From NCBI GenBank assembly GCA_937920245.1, contig CALGUV010000149.1:14033-78032 (forward strand): 64,000 bases of DNA. The letters run 5' to 3'. Every line of letters starts with the position of its first letter. Position 1 is the stretch's first letter. Position numbers and translations under genes: made by a program. The notes beneath the pieces were generated by a model, which was not told where the DNA came from, searched no databases, and worked only from the letters and a program-made list of their open reading frames with translations. Shown here one piece after another: positions 10,607 to 19,881 of this stretch. This DNA comes from an uncultured Microbacteriaceae bacterium. Lineage in GTDB: Bacteria > Actinomycetota > Actinomycetes > Actinomycetales > Microbacteriaceae.

Positions 10607-12631
10607 GTGGCTGAGAAAAAAGAAATTCCAGAAAAGACGACTGCAAAAAAGGCGACTGTTAAGAAAGTTGTTAAAAAAGTAGTCGACAAAAAAGTAGTCG
10701 ACAAAAAACCAACAGTGAAAAAAGAAGCTTCACCTAAGGTCGTTGAAAAAAAGGACGAGCCTAAGAAGCCACTCAGCATTCAGCTAATCTTTCAGGCACC
10801 AGACCTCCCTACTCCAAAAGTAAATCCTCGAAGTGGCAAGCTTGCCGAAGAGGAAACTTCTGAAGCTCCGGCCAGGTCCGCTCAGACCAGGTCGGCTTCT
10901 ACTCGAACTAGACAGCGAACTAGGCCCGAAGGCGAGGCCAAGCCAAAAACCAACGAGGAACCTTTAGAGGAAAAAGACTCAGGGTCGACCAGAGTTGCCG
11001 CAAAGCGTCAGCGTCGCAAGGACTCGAGGGACACTGGTCGCCGCAGGACTGCAGTCACCGAGTCAGAGTTTTTGGCAAGAAGAGAATCCGTAGATCGTCG
11101 AATGGTTGTTCGCGAGAAGGATGCCAGGGTTCAAATCGGAGTTCTCGAAGACGGCCTACTGGTCGAGCACTACGTAGCCGAAAGCCAAGGCGGGTCACTC
11201 ATTGGAAATGTTTATCTTGGCAAGGTTCAGAATGTATTGCCCTCAATGGAAGCAGCTTTTGTTGACATTGGACGTGGTCGGAATGCTGTGCTGTATTCGG
11301 GCGAGGTCGATTGGGATGCCGCAGAAACTGGAAACCAGCCCAGAAGAATCGAGCTAGCACTAAAGTCTGGCGACCAAGTTTTGGTTCAGGTAACCAAGGA
11401 CCCGGTTGGCCAAAAAGGGGCAAGGCTCACGTCTCAGATCTCACTACCTGGACGCTTCCTGGTCTACGTTCCCGGGGGTAACATGTCTGGGATTTCTAGG
11501 AAGCTGCCAGAGGGCGAGAGGCAGCGACTGAAGCAAATTTTGAAGCACGCTTTGCCTGAGGACGCTGGAGTTATCGTGCGAACCGCTGCGGAGGGTGCTA
11601 CCGAAGATCAGCTCACTTTGGACGTTGAAAGACTGAAGATGCAGTGGGAGAACATAAACAGCGAGGTAGCAAAGGGTAAAGCCCCGACGCTTCTTCACAG
11701 TGAACCGGACTTGTTGGTAAAAATCATCCGTGATGTCTTCAACGAGGACTTCACTGAGCTGGTTGTTTCGGGGGAAGAGTCCCTAGAGACCATCAGACAG
11801 TATCTGGAGTCTGTGGCACCTGAGCTAATCGAACGTTTGGTTCAGTTCACCGCAAGCGAGGATGTGTTCGATAGCTATCGACTCGGGGATCAAATTATCA
11901 AGGCCCTGGACAGAAAGGTATTCCTTCCTTCCGGCGGCTCTTTGGTTATTGATCGCACCGAAGCCATGACGGTTGTCGATGTGAACACTGGAAAATTCAT
12001 CGGATCCGGCGGAAACCTCGAAGAGACGGTTACCAAGAACAATCTTGAGGCAGCCGAGGAACTTGTTCGACAGCTGAGATTGCGCGACATCGGCGGAATC
12101 GTGGTGGTGGACTTCATCGACATGATTCAAGAGTCAAACCAGGAGATGGTTCGAAGACGCCTATTGGAGTGCCTATCAAGGGATCGCACCAAAAACCAAG
12201 TTGGCGAAATTACTTCACTTGGACTTGTCCAGATGACAAGAAAGAAAATTGGTCTCGGATTGCTTGAAACTTTCTCAGAGCCCTGCGACTGCTGTGCTGG
12301 AAGAGGCGTAGTGGTTCACGACGAGCCAAGGTTCAGGATGCCGGAAGTTTCGGAGAATAAGCGAACCAAGAAGAAAGAGAAGACTAAGCCGACTGTCGTC
12401 AAAAAAATAGTAACGGCGGAGCAGGCTGACGCATTTAAGAGCGTGGTTAATCAAATAGCCAGTGCTGGTCATTCGAGTGATGAGGCGGTTCTTCAGCTAA
12501 AGAAGGAGCCCGAGGGCAAGACAGAAATCCTTAACGCTGTGCTTGATTCGCTCCCAGAAGCCGAGGATGTGCCGAAGCCAAAGCGTCGACGGGCTACGTC
12601 AGCGGGTAAGCTTTCAATTACAACCGAGTAA
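10607..12631 (+). CDS. rne: Ribonuclease E/G family with a low-complexity N-terminus
   Basis: GNVYLGKVQNVLPSMEAAFVDIG (S1), DRTEAMTVVDVNTG, LRDIGGIVVVDFIDM and the Zn-link CDCC. Confidence 0.95.
   Translation: MAEKKEIPEKTTAKKATVKKVVKKVVDKKVVDKKPTVKKEASPKVVEKKDEPKKPLSIQLIFQAPDLPTPKVNPRSGKLAEEETSEAPARSAQTRSASTRTRQRTRPEGEAKPKTNEEPLEEKDSGSTRVAAKRQRRKDSRDTGRRRTAVTESEFLARRESVDRRMVVREKDARVQIGVLEDGLLVEHYVAESQGGSLIGNVYLGKVQNVLPSMEAAFVDIGRGRNAVLYSGEVDWDAAETGNQPRRIELALKSGDQVLVQVTKDPVGQKGARLTSQISLPGRFLVYVPGGNMSGISRKLPEGERQRLKQILKHALPEDAGVIVRTAAEGATEDQLTLDVERLKMQWENINSEVAKGKAPTLLHSEPDLLVKIIRDVFNEDFTELVVSGEESLETIRQYLESVAPELIERLVQFTASEDVFDSYRLGDQIIKALDRKVFLPSGGSLVIDRTEAMTVVDVNTGKFIGSGGNLEETVTKNNLEAAEELVRQLRLRDIGGIVVVDFIDMIQESNQEMVRRRLLECLSRDRTKNQVGEITSLGLVQMTRKKIGLGLLETFSEPCDCCAGRGVVVHDEPRFRMPEVSENKRTKKKEKTKPTVVKKIVTAEQADAFKSVVNQIASAGHSSDEAVLQLKKEPEGKTEILNAVLDSLPEAEDVPKPKRRRATSAGKLSITTE
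10673..10708 (+). repeat. 15-nt tandem repeat (AAAAAAGTAGTCGAC x2.4) encoding KKVVD-KKVVD-KK
   Basis: Read directly: units at 10673-10687 and 10688-10702, then AAAAAA. Confidence 0.9.
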
Positions 12632-12735
12632 AACGCGGTTGAGTGTTGCTCACTCTTGGTTTATTTGCTAAACTTCGAGGCTGTTGCTCACGTTCTGTGG
12701 TTCAACAAGATTTCCCCTAATAGTTAGGTCAAAAA

Positions 12736-13041
12736 GTGGTTTACGCAATTGTTCGAGCTGGTGGACGCCAGGAAAAGGTTGAGGTCGGCACCATCGTGAC
12801 CATGAACCGCATCAAAGCGTCTTCAGGCTCCATAGAGCTTCCGGCTGTTTTGTTGGTTGATGGTGACAAGGTCACCTCAGACTCACAGTCTCTTTCCAAG
12901 GTCAAGGTTGTTGCAGAGGTTCTTGACCAGTTGCGTGGCCCAAAGATTTCGATTCAAAAATACAAAAACAAGACTGGATACAAGAAGCGTCAGGGTCACC
13001 GTCAAGACTTGACCCGCGTCCAGGTCACAGAGATCAAGTAA
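12736..13041 (+). CDS. rplU: 50S ribosomal protein L21
   Basis: [13 protein letters not shown] and [15 protein letters not shown]. Confidence 0.98.
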   Translation: MVYAIVRAGGRQEKVEVGTIVTMNRIKASSGSIELPAVLLVDGDKVTSDSQSLSKVKVVAEVLDQLRGPKISIQKYKNKTGYKKRQGHRQDLTRVQVTEIK

Positions 13042-13055
13042 CTAGGAGTTAGACA

Positions 13056-13307
13056 ATGGCATCCAAAAAGGGAGTTAGCTCCACACGTAACGGTCGCGAC
13101 TCGAACTCTCAGCGTTTGGGCGTAAAGCGTCACGATGGCCAGGCAGTCAATGCTGGTGAAATAATCGTTCGCCAGCGCGGCACCCACTTCCACCCGGGAG
13201 TAAATGTTGGCCGCGGCAAGGACGACACTCTGTTCGCTCTTGCAGCAGGTGCAGTCAAATTCGGCGCAAAGGCAGGCCGACGAGTAGTAAACATCGTCAC
13301 CCTGTAA
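13056..13307 (+). CDS. rpmA: 50S ribosomal protein L27
   Basis: [16 protein letters not shown] and [13 protein letters not shown]. Confidence 0.98.
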   Translation: MASKKGVSSTRNGRDSNSQRLGVKRHDGQAVNAGEIIVRQRGTHFHPGVNVGRGKDDTLFALAAGAVKFGAKAGRRVVNIVTL

Positions 13308-13320
13308 CAGGATTCAGCAA

Positions 13321-13353
13321 AGAGGCGGACCTGGACCAGGTTCGTCTTTTTTT
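13321..13353 (+). terminator. Probable intrinsic terminator after rpmA
   Basis: GCGGACCT-ggacc-AGGTTCGT stem (with G-U pairs) followed by a T-tract. Confidence 0.7.
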
Positions 13354-13367
13354 GTAGGGAGGGAAGA

Positions 13368-14861
13368 ATGGTCACATTTGTTGATCAAGTAACCCTGCAC
13401 CTATCCGCGGGAAACGGCGGAGATGGGTGCACGAGCACAAAACGCGAGAAATTTAAGCCACTTGCTGGTCCTGACGGAGCCAATGGTGGCGATGGTGGAA
13501 CCATTTCGCTTATTTCAGACGTAAACACGACCACACTTCTTGACTACCACCACCGACCACACCGCACTGGGCTAAATGGAACAGCTGGAGCTGGCGATTA
13601 CCGAAACGGCGCTCACGGCGGCGACATTGTTCTAAAAGTTCCAGTAGGAACCGTAGTAAAAGACGCTCGTGGGAAATTGCTGGCTGATCTTGACTCAGTT
13701 GGCATGGAAATCGTCGTTGCCCAAGGCGGACAGGGAGGCCTCGGCAACGATGCGCTGTCTAACCAGAAAAGAATTGCTCCTGGTTTTCACCTCTTAGGCG
13801 TGCCCGGCTGGAAGGGTGAGGTAATCCTCGAGCTTAAGGTTGTCGCTGACATCGCTTTTGTGGGGTTCCCAAGTGCTGGCAAGAGTTCTCTGATTGCCTC
13901 GATGAGCTCAGCTCGTCCAAAAATTGCAGATTATCCATTCACCACTCTTCACCCAAACCTTGGCGTCGTTCAGGCCGGAGAGCAAAGGTACACCGTTGCT
14001 GACGTACCTGGTCTCATAGAGGGTGCAAGCCAAGGAAAAGGCCTAGGTCTTGAGTTTCTAAGGCACGTGGAAAGATGCAGCGCGCTGCTGCACGTCATTG
14101 ATTGTGCCACCATGGAGCCGGGTAGAGATCCTCTAACCGACCTGAAGGTGATTCTCGGCGAACTTCGTGACTACCAGGTGCCCGAGGGGCAGACGCCTCT
14201 GCACGAAAGACCTCAGCTAGTGGCCTTGAATAAAATAGATATTCCCGATGCTAAGGAATTGGCCGCTTTTGTCACAGAGGAACTGGAAGCCATGGGCTAC
14301 CCAGTCTTTGCTGTCTCAACTGCCACTCACGAGGGCTTGAAAGAACTGAACTTCGCTCTTAGCGCGGTTGTTCAGAAGGAACGCGAAGGCAAGGTTGTGG
14401 GAGCCCAGAAGAGATTCTCATTGATCCCAACCAAGTCCGAGGACTCTAGCTACATAGTGCGAAAAGAATCTATATCCGGTGAGGATGTTTTTCGAATCAT
14501 TGGCTCCAAGCCTGAGCGGTGGGTTGCACAGACTCATTTTGGAAACACCGAAGCGGTTGGATATCTTGCTGAACGTCTTCAAAAAATCGGCATAGAAGAC
14601 GAACTCGTGAGAAAAGGCGCGAAGCGCGGTTCCACCGTAATCATCGGTGAGGAAAATGGTGTCGTGTTTGACTGGGATCCGTTGATCGACTCTGTCGCAG
14701 AATTAGCCGATGGTATCGGTCTTGGGGAAGATGAAAAGCGAAGAACTAACGAACAACGACGTGGCGAATACTACGCGATGATGGATCAACGAGCCAAGGG
14801 CCGTGAAGAACGTGCTGCCGTTCGAGAGGCCAGCGTCTTCGTAGAAGAAGACCAAGAGTGA
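13368..14861 (+). CDS. obgE: GTPase ObgE/CgtA
   Basis: Gly-rich Obg fold, [16 protein letters not shown] and [10 protein letters not shown]. Confidence 0.97.
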   Translation: MVTFVDQVTLHLSAGNGGDGCTSTKREKFKPLAGPDGANGGDGGTISLISDVNTTTLLDYHHRPHRTGLNGTAGAGDYRNGAHGGDIVLKVPVGTVVKDARGKLLADLDSVGMEIVVAQGGQGGLGNDALSNQKRIAPGFHLLGVPGWKGEVILELKVVADIAFVGFPSAGKSSLIASMSSARPKIADYPFTTLHPNLGVVQAGEQRYTVADVPGLIEGASQGKGLGLEFLRHVERCSALLHVIDCATMEPGRDPLTDLKVILGELRDYQVPEGQTPLHERPQLVALNKIDIPDAKELAAFVTEELEAMGYPVFAVSTATHEGLKELNFALSAVVQKEREGKVVGAQKRFSLIPTKSEDSSYIVRKESISGEDVFRIIGSKPERWVAQTHFGNTEAVGYLAERLQKIGIEDELVRKGAKRGSTVIIGEENGVVFDWDPLIDSVAELADGIGLGEDEKRRTNEQRRGEYYAMMDQRAKGREERAAVREASVFVEEDQE

Positions 14862-15637
14862 AAACCTCCGAACGGATTGCATCAGCCAACAGAATTCTCA
14901 TCAAGGTTGGATCGAGCTCTATAACCGGTGTAAACCACTCCAATCTAGATAAAATCGTCGATCTTAGCGCTGCACTGATAGCTTTTGGTAAGGACGTTAT
15001 CGTGGTCAGCTCAGGGGCAATCGCAACGGCTGCGCCATTCATAGGCCTCACTGTCAAAGCGGAGGATCTGCCGACGTCGCAAGCGCTGGCCAGCATTGGT
15101 CAAGCAAAGCTAATGAGTCGGTATGAAAAGTCTCTTGAGCGCCACAATCTAATGCCTGGCCAAATACTTCTTACGGTAGAGAACTTGGACCAGGAAGTTA
15201 CGTCGCTGAATGCGCTGCGCGCACTCGAAAGGCTTCTAGAGATAAAGGTCTTACCGATAATCAATGAGAATGATTCGGTGGCAACAAATGAGATCCGATT
15301 TGGCGACAACGATCAGCTTGCAGCCCGAGTTTCAAGTTTGGCCAATGTCGATCTTATGATTCTGCTGAGTGATGTCGATGGGCTTTACACCAAACCTCCG
15401 CAGGAGGACGGCTCAGAGCATATTCCGGTTGTAGCTTTCGGCTCGGATCTATCTTGGGTTGAAGTCTCTGGCACCTCGACCGGCTATGGAACCGGAGGCG
15501 CATTGACAAAACTGTCAGCTGCCAAATTAGCGACGGAGGCCTCGGTTGGAGTGATTCTGACATCCAGCCAGAGCGTCAGTCAGTTGATTGATGGTGACTG
15601 CAGACACACTTGGTTTGAGCCTGGACCTAAGGGCTAG
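14858..15637 (+). CDS. proB: Glutamate 5-kinase (short form, no PUA domain)
   Basis: IKVGSS, VSSGAIA, INENDSV, FGDND and GTGGALTK; the protein ends at 259 aa. Confidence 0.93.
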   Translation: MKTSERIASANRILIKVGSSSITGVNHSNLDKIVDLSAALIAFGKDVIVVSSGAIATAAPFIGLTVKAEDLPTSQALASIGQAKLMSRYEKSLERHNLMPGQILLTVENLDQEVTSLNALRALERLLEIKVLPIINENDSVATNEIRFGDNDQLAARVSSLANVDLMILLSDVDGLYTKPPQEDGSEHIPVVAFGSDLSWVEVSGTSTGYGTGGALTKLSAAKLATEASVGVILTSSQSVSQLIDGDCRHTWFEPGPKG

Positions 15638-15646
15638 AATTTTAGG

Positions 15647-16891
15647 ATGAGTGTTCAAAAGCTTTTGCAGGATGCCAAGGCAGCCTCAGCCGCAATGGGT
15701 CGAGCAAACAGCGCTGCGAAAAATCAGGCACTGGAAAACATCGCGTCAGAGCTCGAGAGCAGCTCACAATTGATAATCGCGGCAAACCAGCTAGATATGA
15801 CTGCCGCAGAGACAAATGGCGTAAGTCTCGCCCTTCAGGACAGGTTGCGCCTTGACCAGGCAAGGGTTGCGTCGTTGGCCATTGCGCTTAGGAAAATAGC
15901 CCAACTGGAAGACCCAATTGGAGAGTCAGTCCGGGGAATGACACTGGCGAATGGCTTACTGGTCCAGCAGGTTAGGGTTCCGTTTGGTGTTATTGGCTGC
16001 ATTTATGAGGCTCGACCCAACGTGACAATTGACATTGCTGGCCTAGCCATTAAGAGCGGAAACTGCGCCGTACTGAGAGGCGGCAGTGCTGCCGAAAATA
16101 CGAATAAGAGCCTGATTGGTGTAATCCAAGCTGGACTGGAAAAAACGGGACTACCGAAGTCGGCTGTCTCGACAGTGGATCCTTTTGGCAGAGATGGCGC
16201 TGTTGAGCTCATGAAGGCGAATGGTCTGGTTGACGTTCTTATTCCTCGTGGGTCCGCGAGCCTAATCAAAACAGTTGTCACCGAATCGACAGTGCCAGTG
16301 ATTGAAACCGGCGACGGTGTTGTGCATATCTTTGTGGACGCCTCAGCAGACATAGCAACGGCGATTCCTATAATTATCAATTCGAAAGTGCAACGCCCCT
16401 CGGTGTGCAATGCTCTCGAGACGCTGCTTGTACACGCCGATGCCGCGCAGAAGCTTCTGCCAGCACTCGCCAAAGAGTTGAAGGAAAACGGAGTCACGGT
16501 CCACGGTTGCCAGGAGACTTTGCTACATATCCCGGATGCGATTCCGGCAACAGATGATGATTGGGCGACCGAATACTTGAGTTTGGATCTGGCTATCCGT
16601 GTGGTTGCCAATTTAGATTCCGCGCTGTCTCACATCACTGAGTTTTCGACCAAGCACACTGAATCAATCTTGACAACCGATGCTTCAAACGCGGAGCGAT
16701 TCCTTGCCGAAGTGGATTCGTCGGTAGTTATGGTCAACTCCTCCACCAGATTTACTGACGGGGGAGAGTTCGGCTTCGGCGCTGAGGTAGGGATTTCTAC
16801 TCAAAAACTTCACGCAAGAGGCCCAATGGGCCTTCGGGAATTAACATCAACCAAGTGGATGGTTCGCGGAAGCGGACAGGTCCGCAGCTAA
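15647..16891 (+). CDS. proA: Gamma-glutamyl phosphate reductase
   Basis: IYEARPNVT, RPSVCNALE and GAEVGISTQKLHARGPMGL. Confidence 0.97.
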   Translation: MSVQKLLQDAKAASAAMGRANSAAKNQALENIASELESSSQLIIAANQLDMTAAETNGVSLALQDRLRLDQARVASLAIALRKIAQLEDPIGESVRGMTLANGLLVQQVRVPFGVIGCIYEARPNVTIDIAGLAIKSGNCAVLRGGSAAENTNKSLIGVIQAGLEKTGLPKSAVSTVDPFGRDGAVELMKANGLVDVLIPRGSASLIKTVVTESTVPVIETGDGVVHIFVDASADIATAIPIIINSKVQRPSVCNALETLLVHADAAQKLLPALAKELKENGVTVHGCQETLLHIPDAIPATDDDWATEYLSLDLAIRVVANLDSALSHITEFSTKHTESILTTDASNAERFLAEVDSSVVMVNSSTRFTDGGEFGFGAEVGISTQKLHARGPMGLRELTSTKWMVRGSGQVRS

Positions 16892-16918
16892 ACTAGTGGG
16901 AGAAGAAGGGGCAAGAAC

Positions 16919-17101
16919 ATGATTTCCATATTATTTGAGGAAGGTGTGATTATTCATCACACTGAACTGCCGATTCCTGGATTGATGTTTGGGATCATAG
17001 CCTTCGCATCATTCTTGGTTCTTGCTGCAATAACTTGGTCTTATCGAGACGTGGCGAACAGGCATTCCCACAAGGAGTCGGGCTCCAGGGCCGGCCACTA
17101 G
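16919..17101 (+). CDS. Small single-TM hypothetical protein
   Basis: 60 aa, purine-rich SD upstream, one TM helix followed by WSYRDVANRH; fills the proA-nadD gap. Confidence 0.7.
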   Translation: MISILFEEGVIIHHTELPIPGLMFGIIAFASFLVLAAITWSYRDVANRHSHKESGSRAGH

Positions 17102-17107
17102 TCCAGG

Positions 17108-17701
17108 ATGACTTCCAAGCGACGACGCATTGGTGTGATGGGTGGAACTTTTGACCCAATTCATCACGGCCACTTAGTCGCGGCCAGCGAAGTCGCGGCA
17201 GCCCTCAGCCTAGACGAGGTGGTCTTTGTTCCAACTGGTCAGCCTTGGCACAAGAAGCCTGTTAGTTCCGCTGAGCACCGATATCTAATGACCGTCATCG
17301 CGACTGCCGCCAACCCTCAGTTCACGGTCAGTCGAATCGACATCGATCGACCAGGTGTTACCTATACGGTCGACACCCTGCGCGATCTTTTGGCTCTGAT
17401 GCCTGATGCCGACTTATTCTTTATCTCTGGAGCCGATGCGATCGCGCAAATCTTGGCTTGGAAAGAAGTGGACGAAATCTGGTCCTTGGCCGAGTTCATA
17501 GCTGTTAGTCGCCCCGGTCACAACCTAGAGCTGCCAGAAGCACCCGAGGGCAACATATCGGTTCTTGAGGTGCCGGCCCTTTCTATCTCATCGACAAACA
17601 TCCGACAGCGAGCTGGTGCGAGTAAGCCGATCTGGTACCTGGTTCCCGACGGAGTTGTTCAGTACATTGCCAAGCACAAGCTATACGAGGGGGAGTCTTG
17701 A
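17108..17701 (+). CDS. nadD: Nicotinate-nucleotide adenylyltransferase
   Basis: [21 protein letters not shown] and ISSTNIR. Confidence 0.97.
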   Translation: MTSKRRRIGVMGGTFDPIHHGHLVAASEVAAALSLDEVVFVPTGQPWHKKPVSSAEHRYLMTVIATAANPQFTVSRIDIDRPGVTYTVDTLRDLLALMPDADLFFISGADAIAQILAWKEVDEIWSLAEFIAVSRPGHNLELPEAPEGNISVLEVPALSISSTNIRQRAGASKPIWYLVPDGVVQYIAKHKLYEGES

Positions 17702-18507
17702 CAACTCCCATGACTAGGCGCGAGCTAAGAGAGCTTGAGAGAGCCGGAGCAAGCAGCGAACCGAGAGTTCCAGAGCCGATTGAACAGCTGGTATCGAGTC
17801 AAATGCCATTTCAAGGTCAAACCCCTGAACTGGTCGAAGAGCACTTTGACACGATTGAAGTGGCGTCTCCACCGCTTACGCGCAGGCAAATGCGCGAACA
17901 GGGTCTTCTGAGTTCAACAGCAGAAGCTAACGATCCAAGTATTGTGGGGAGCACCAACCTCAAGCCCCCTTTGCTCGAAAAGCCCGCTAGTTCCCAGCTG
18001 CTCTCAAGGCGCAGCCTCAGAGAGCCTTCGGAGACTGTTGCCGAAGTGACGTCGGTGACTTCTGAGGAGGATAGCTCAGGAATTAGCGCGATCGAGCCCC
18101 CTGAGGAGCAGCTGTTTACCGGTGCAAACTTATTTGCCGAACCAAGCACACAATCAATTGTTTTGCAGGGGGTCACCGAAGCGATTTCGCTACCCATGGA
18201 TACTGGCGAGATTTTCACAACCGGGTCTATTTCTATCGTTTCAGACCCTGCCACCGGCGCGCATACAGCCGGTTTCGACCTCGACGGAATTTCACAAGGC
18301 CAAGAGAGTGTTTTTGGCGTGGTGTCAACCGTTAGTCCGATAAGCGCACTGGACTTGATTGATCAACGCTCATCCATCGGAGTGGTCCCTCAATCTGTGC
18401 TGCGAAGGGGATGGTGGAAGCCGTGGGCTCTAGCTGTCTGCGCGCTAGTTCTCGCAATTGCTGCCATACTTGCCAGTATCACCATTCTCGGGGCCATAGG
18501 AGGCTAA
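17698..18507 (+). CDS. Hypothetical C-terminally anchored protein with a disordered acidic N-terminus
   Basis: TTGA overlap with nadD (alternative ATG 17710); E/S/P/T-rich; single TM helix at the C-terminus. Confidence 0.75.
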   Translation: MTTPMTRRELRELERAGASSEPRVPEPIEQLVSSQMPFQGQTPELVEEHFDTIEVASPPLTRRQMREQGLLSSTAEANDPSIVGSTNLKPPLLEKPASSQLLSRRSLREPSETVAEVTSVTSEEDSSGISAIEPPEEQLFTGANLFAEPSTQSIVLQGVTEAISLPMDTGEIFTTGSISIVSDPATGAHTAGFDLDGISQGQESVFGVVSTVSPISALDLIDQRSSIGVVPQSVLRRGWWKPWALAVCALVLAIAAILASITILGAIGG

Positions 18508-18511
18508 GTAC

Positions 18512-18865
18512 TTGCCAGCAAGCAAAGAGACTATTTCACTAGTTAAAACCGCATCGAAAGCAGCCTCTGACAAGCTGGGAGAGAACATAGTCGCCCTCGA
18601 TGTCACCGAGCCATTTGCGCTTGCAGAGGTCTTCTTGATGATTAGCGCCACCAACGAGCGTCAGGCTCAGGCAATTGGGGACGCTATCGAGGATGAGCTG
18701 CTAAAGCAAAAAGTGAAGGCCCGCTTCCGCGAAGGCAGGCAAACTGGCCGTTGGATTTTGCTTGATTTTGGGGATCTAATCGTTCACGTTATGCACGAGC
18801 AGGAGCGTGAATTTTATTCGCTAGAGCGCCTCTGGAGTGATTGCCCAGTTGTTCCAACTGCATAG
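18512..18865 (+). CDS. rsfS: Ribosome silencing factor RsfS
   Basis: REGRQTGRWILLDFGDLIVHVM and FYSLERLW. Confidence 0.95.
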   Translation: MPASKETISLVKTASKAASDKLGENIVALDVTEPFALAEVFLMISATNERQAQAIGDAIEDELLKQKVKARFREGRQTGRWILLDFGDLIVHVMHEQEREFYSLERLWSDCPVVPTA

Positions 18866-18893
18866 GTTTTTTGTGTAGACTTAGGCACTTCAC

Positions 18894-18966
18894 GGGCCTG
18901 TGGCGCAGCTGGTAGCGCACCTGCATGGCATGCAGGGGGTCAGGGGTTCGAGTCCCCTCAGGTCCA
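18894..18966 (+). tRNA. tRNA-Ala (GGC)
   Basis: Cloverleaf; acceptor GGGCCTG/CAGGTCC with the G3:U70 Ala identity pair; anticodon arm CCTGC-ATGGCAT-GCAGG; CCA not encoded. Confidence 0.97.
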
Positions 18967-19140
18967 CCGTGGTTTTGACAGGCTTAATTTGGCCGCTGGA
19001 ATCTTCTCTTGCAATCTTGTTGTGGTTTTGTCTGCCGATTTACGAACATAAAGTCCGAATAACCAATCTGATTTCCAGCAAATTTTCAGCAATCTGGCTT
19101 AGACTTCCTCAAAGTTGTAAACCCTCAAGAAAGGATAGAA

Positions 19141-19881
19141 GTGGCTTCTCATAATCCTGCTTTTAACCAAAGCATGCGTTCCGGACTGGCCGCTGCGAAC
19201 CAAAATCAAGTCGACATCGAATTTGATCGCATGACTTCCAAGCCTATGACCATGGAGGGCACCACCTCAAAGGTCCTAGGTATGTTTTTGGCAGTTCTTG
19301 TTGGAGCAGGTGCGACTTGGTACTTGGAGCTTTACTCATTATTTTTTCCCGCGATGTTCCTTGGCCTAGGTCTTGGTCTATGGGCAAGTTTTAGCAAGAA
19401 GGTACGCCCAGGCCTTTATATGGCATACGCGTTGGTTCAGGGTGTTTTCATCGGAGGTATCAGCGGTTTGCTGGAGTCCTTCTACCCTGGAATTGTCCAG
19501 ACCGCGGTTATCGGAACTTTTGCAACTGCCGGCACGATGTTTGCGGCCTATCGTTTTGGCTGGATAAAGGTTGATCAGCGCTTTACTCGGTTCATGACTT
19601 TTGCGGTCACCGGATACCTGGTGTTTGCTCTTGTAAATCTCGGCTTTGCAATGTTTGCCGGCATCAGCATTTACAGCTCACCATTCGGCTGGCTAATTGC
19701 CTTGGTTGGAGTAGGGCTTGCCGCGTTTACTTTGAATCTTGACTTTGAGGTTATTAGCCAGGGTGTTAGTCAGCGTTGGCCCGAGGAGATGGAGTGGCGA
19801 GCTGCATTTGGTTTGACGGCTACTCTCATTTGGCTATACGTCGAGATTCTTCGATTGCTTTCTATTTTCAACCAAAACTAA
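19141..19881 (+). CDS. Bax inhibitor-1/YccA family membrane protein
   Basis: MTMEGT...K N-terminus, seven hydrophobic segments, LNLDF and TLIWLYVEILRLL. Confidence 0.9.
   Translation: MASHNPAFNQSMRSGLAAANQNQVDIEFDRMTSKPMTMEGTTSKVLGMFLAVLVGAGATWYLELYSLFFPAMFLGLGLGLWASFSKKVRPGLYMAYALVQGVFIGGISGLLESFYPGIVQTAVIGTFATAGTMFAAYRFGWIKVDQRFTRFMTFAVTGYLVFALVNLGFAMFAGISIYSSPFGWLIALVGVGLAAFTLNLDFEVISQGVSQRWPEEMEWRAAFGLTATLIWLYVEILRLLSIFNQN

Noticed and set aside
16003-16611. 202-aa antisense ORF, and similar ones at 3107-3649, 17817-18254, 36095-36586, 43895-44350, 56259-56771 and 60027-60626
   Set aside because: They lie within or opposite well-supported genes, have no recognisable motifs, and are consistent with codon-bias shadow ORFs.
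18900-19154. 84-aa ORF in the ORF track
   Set aside because: Overlaps the tRNA-Ala gene; its translation is the tRNA sequence read as codons.
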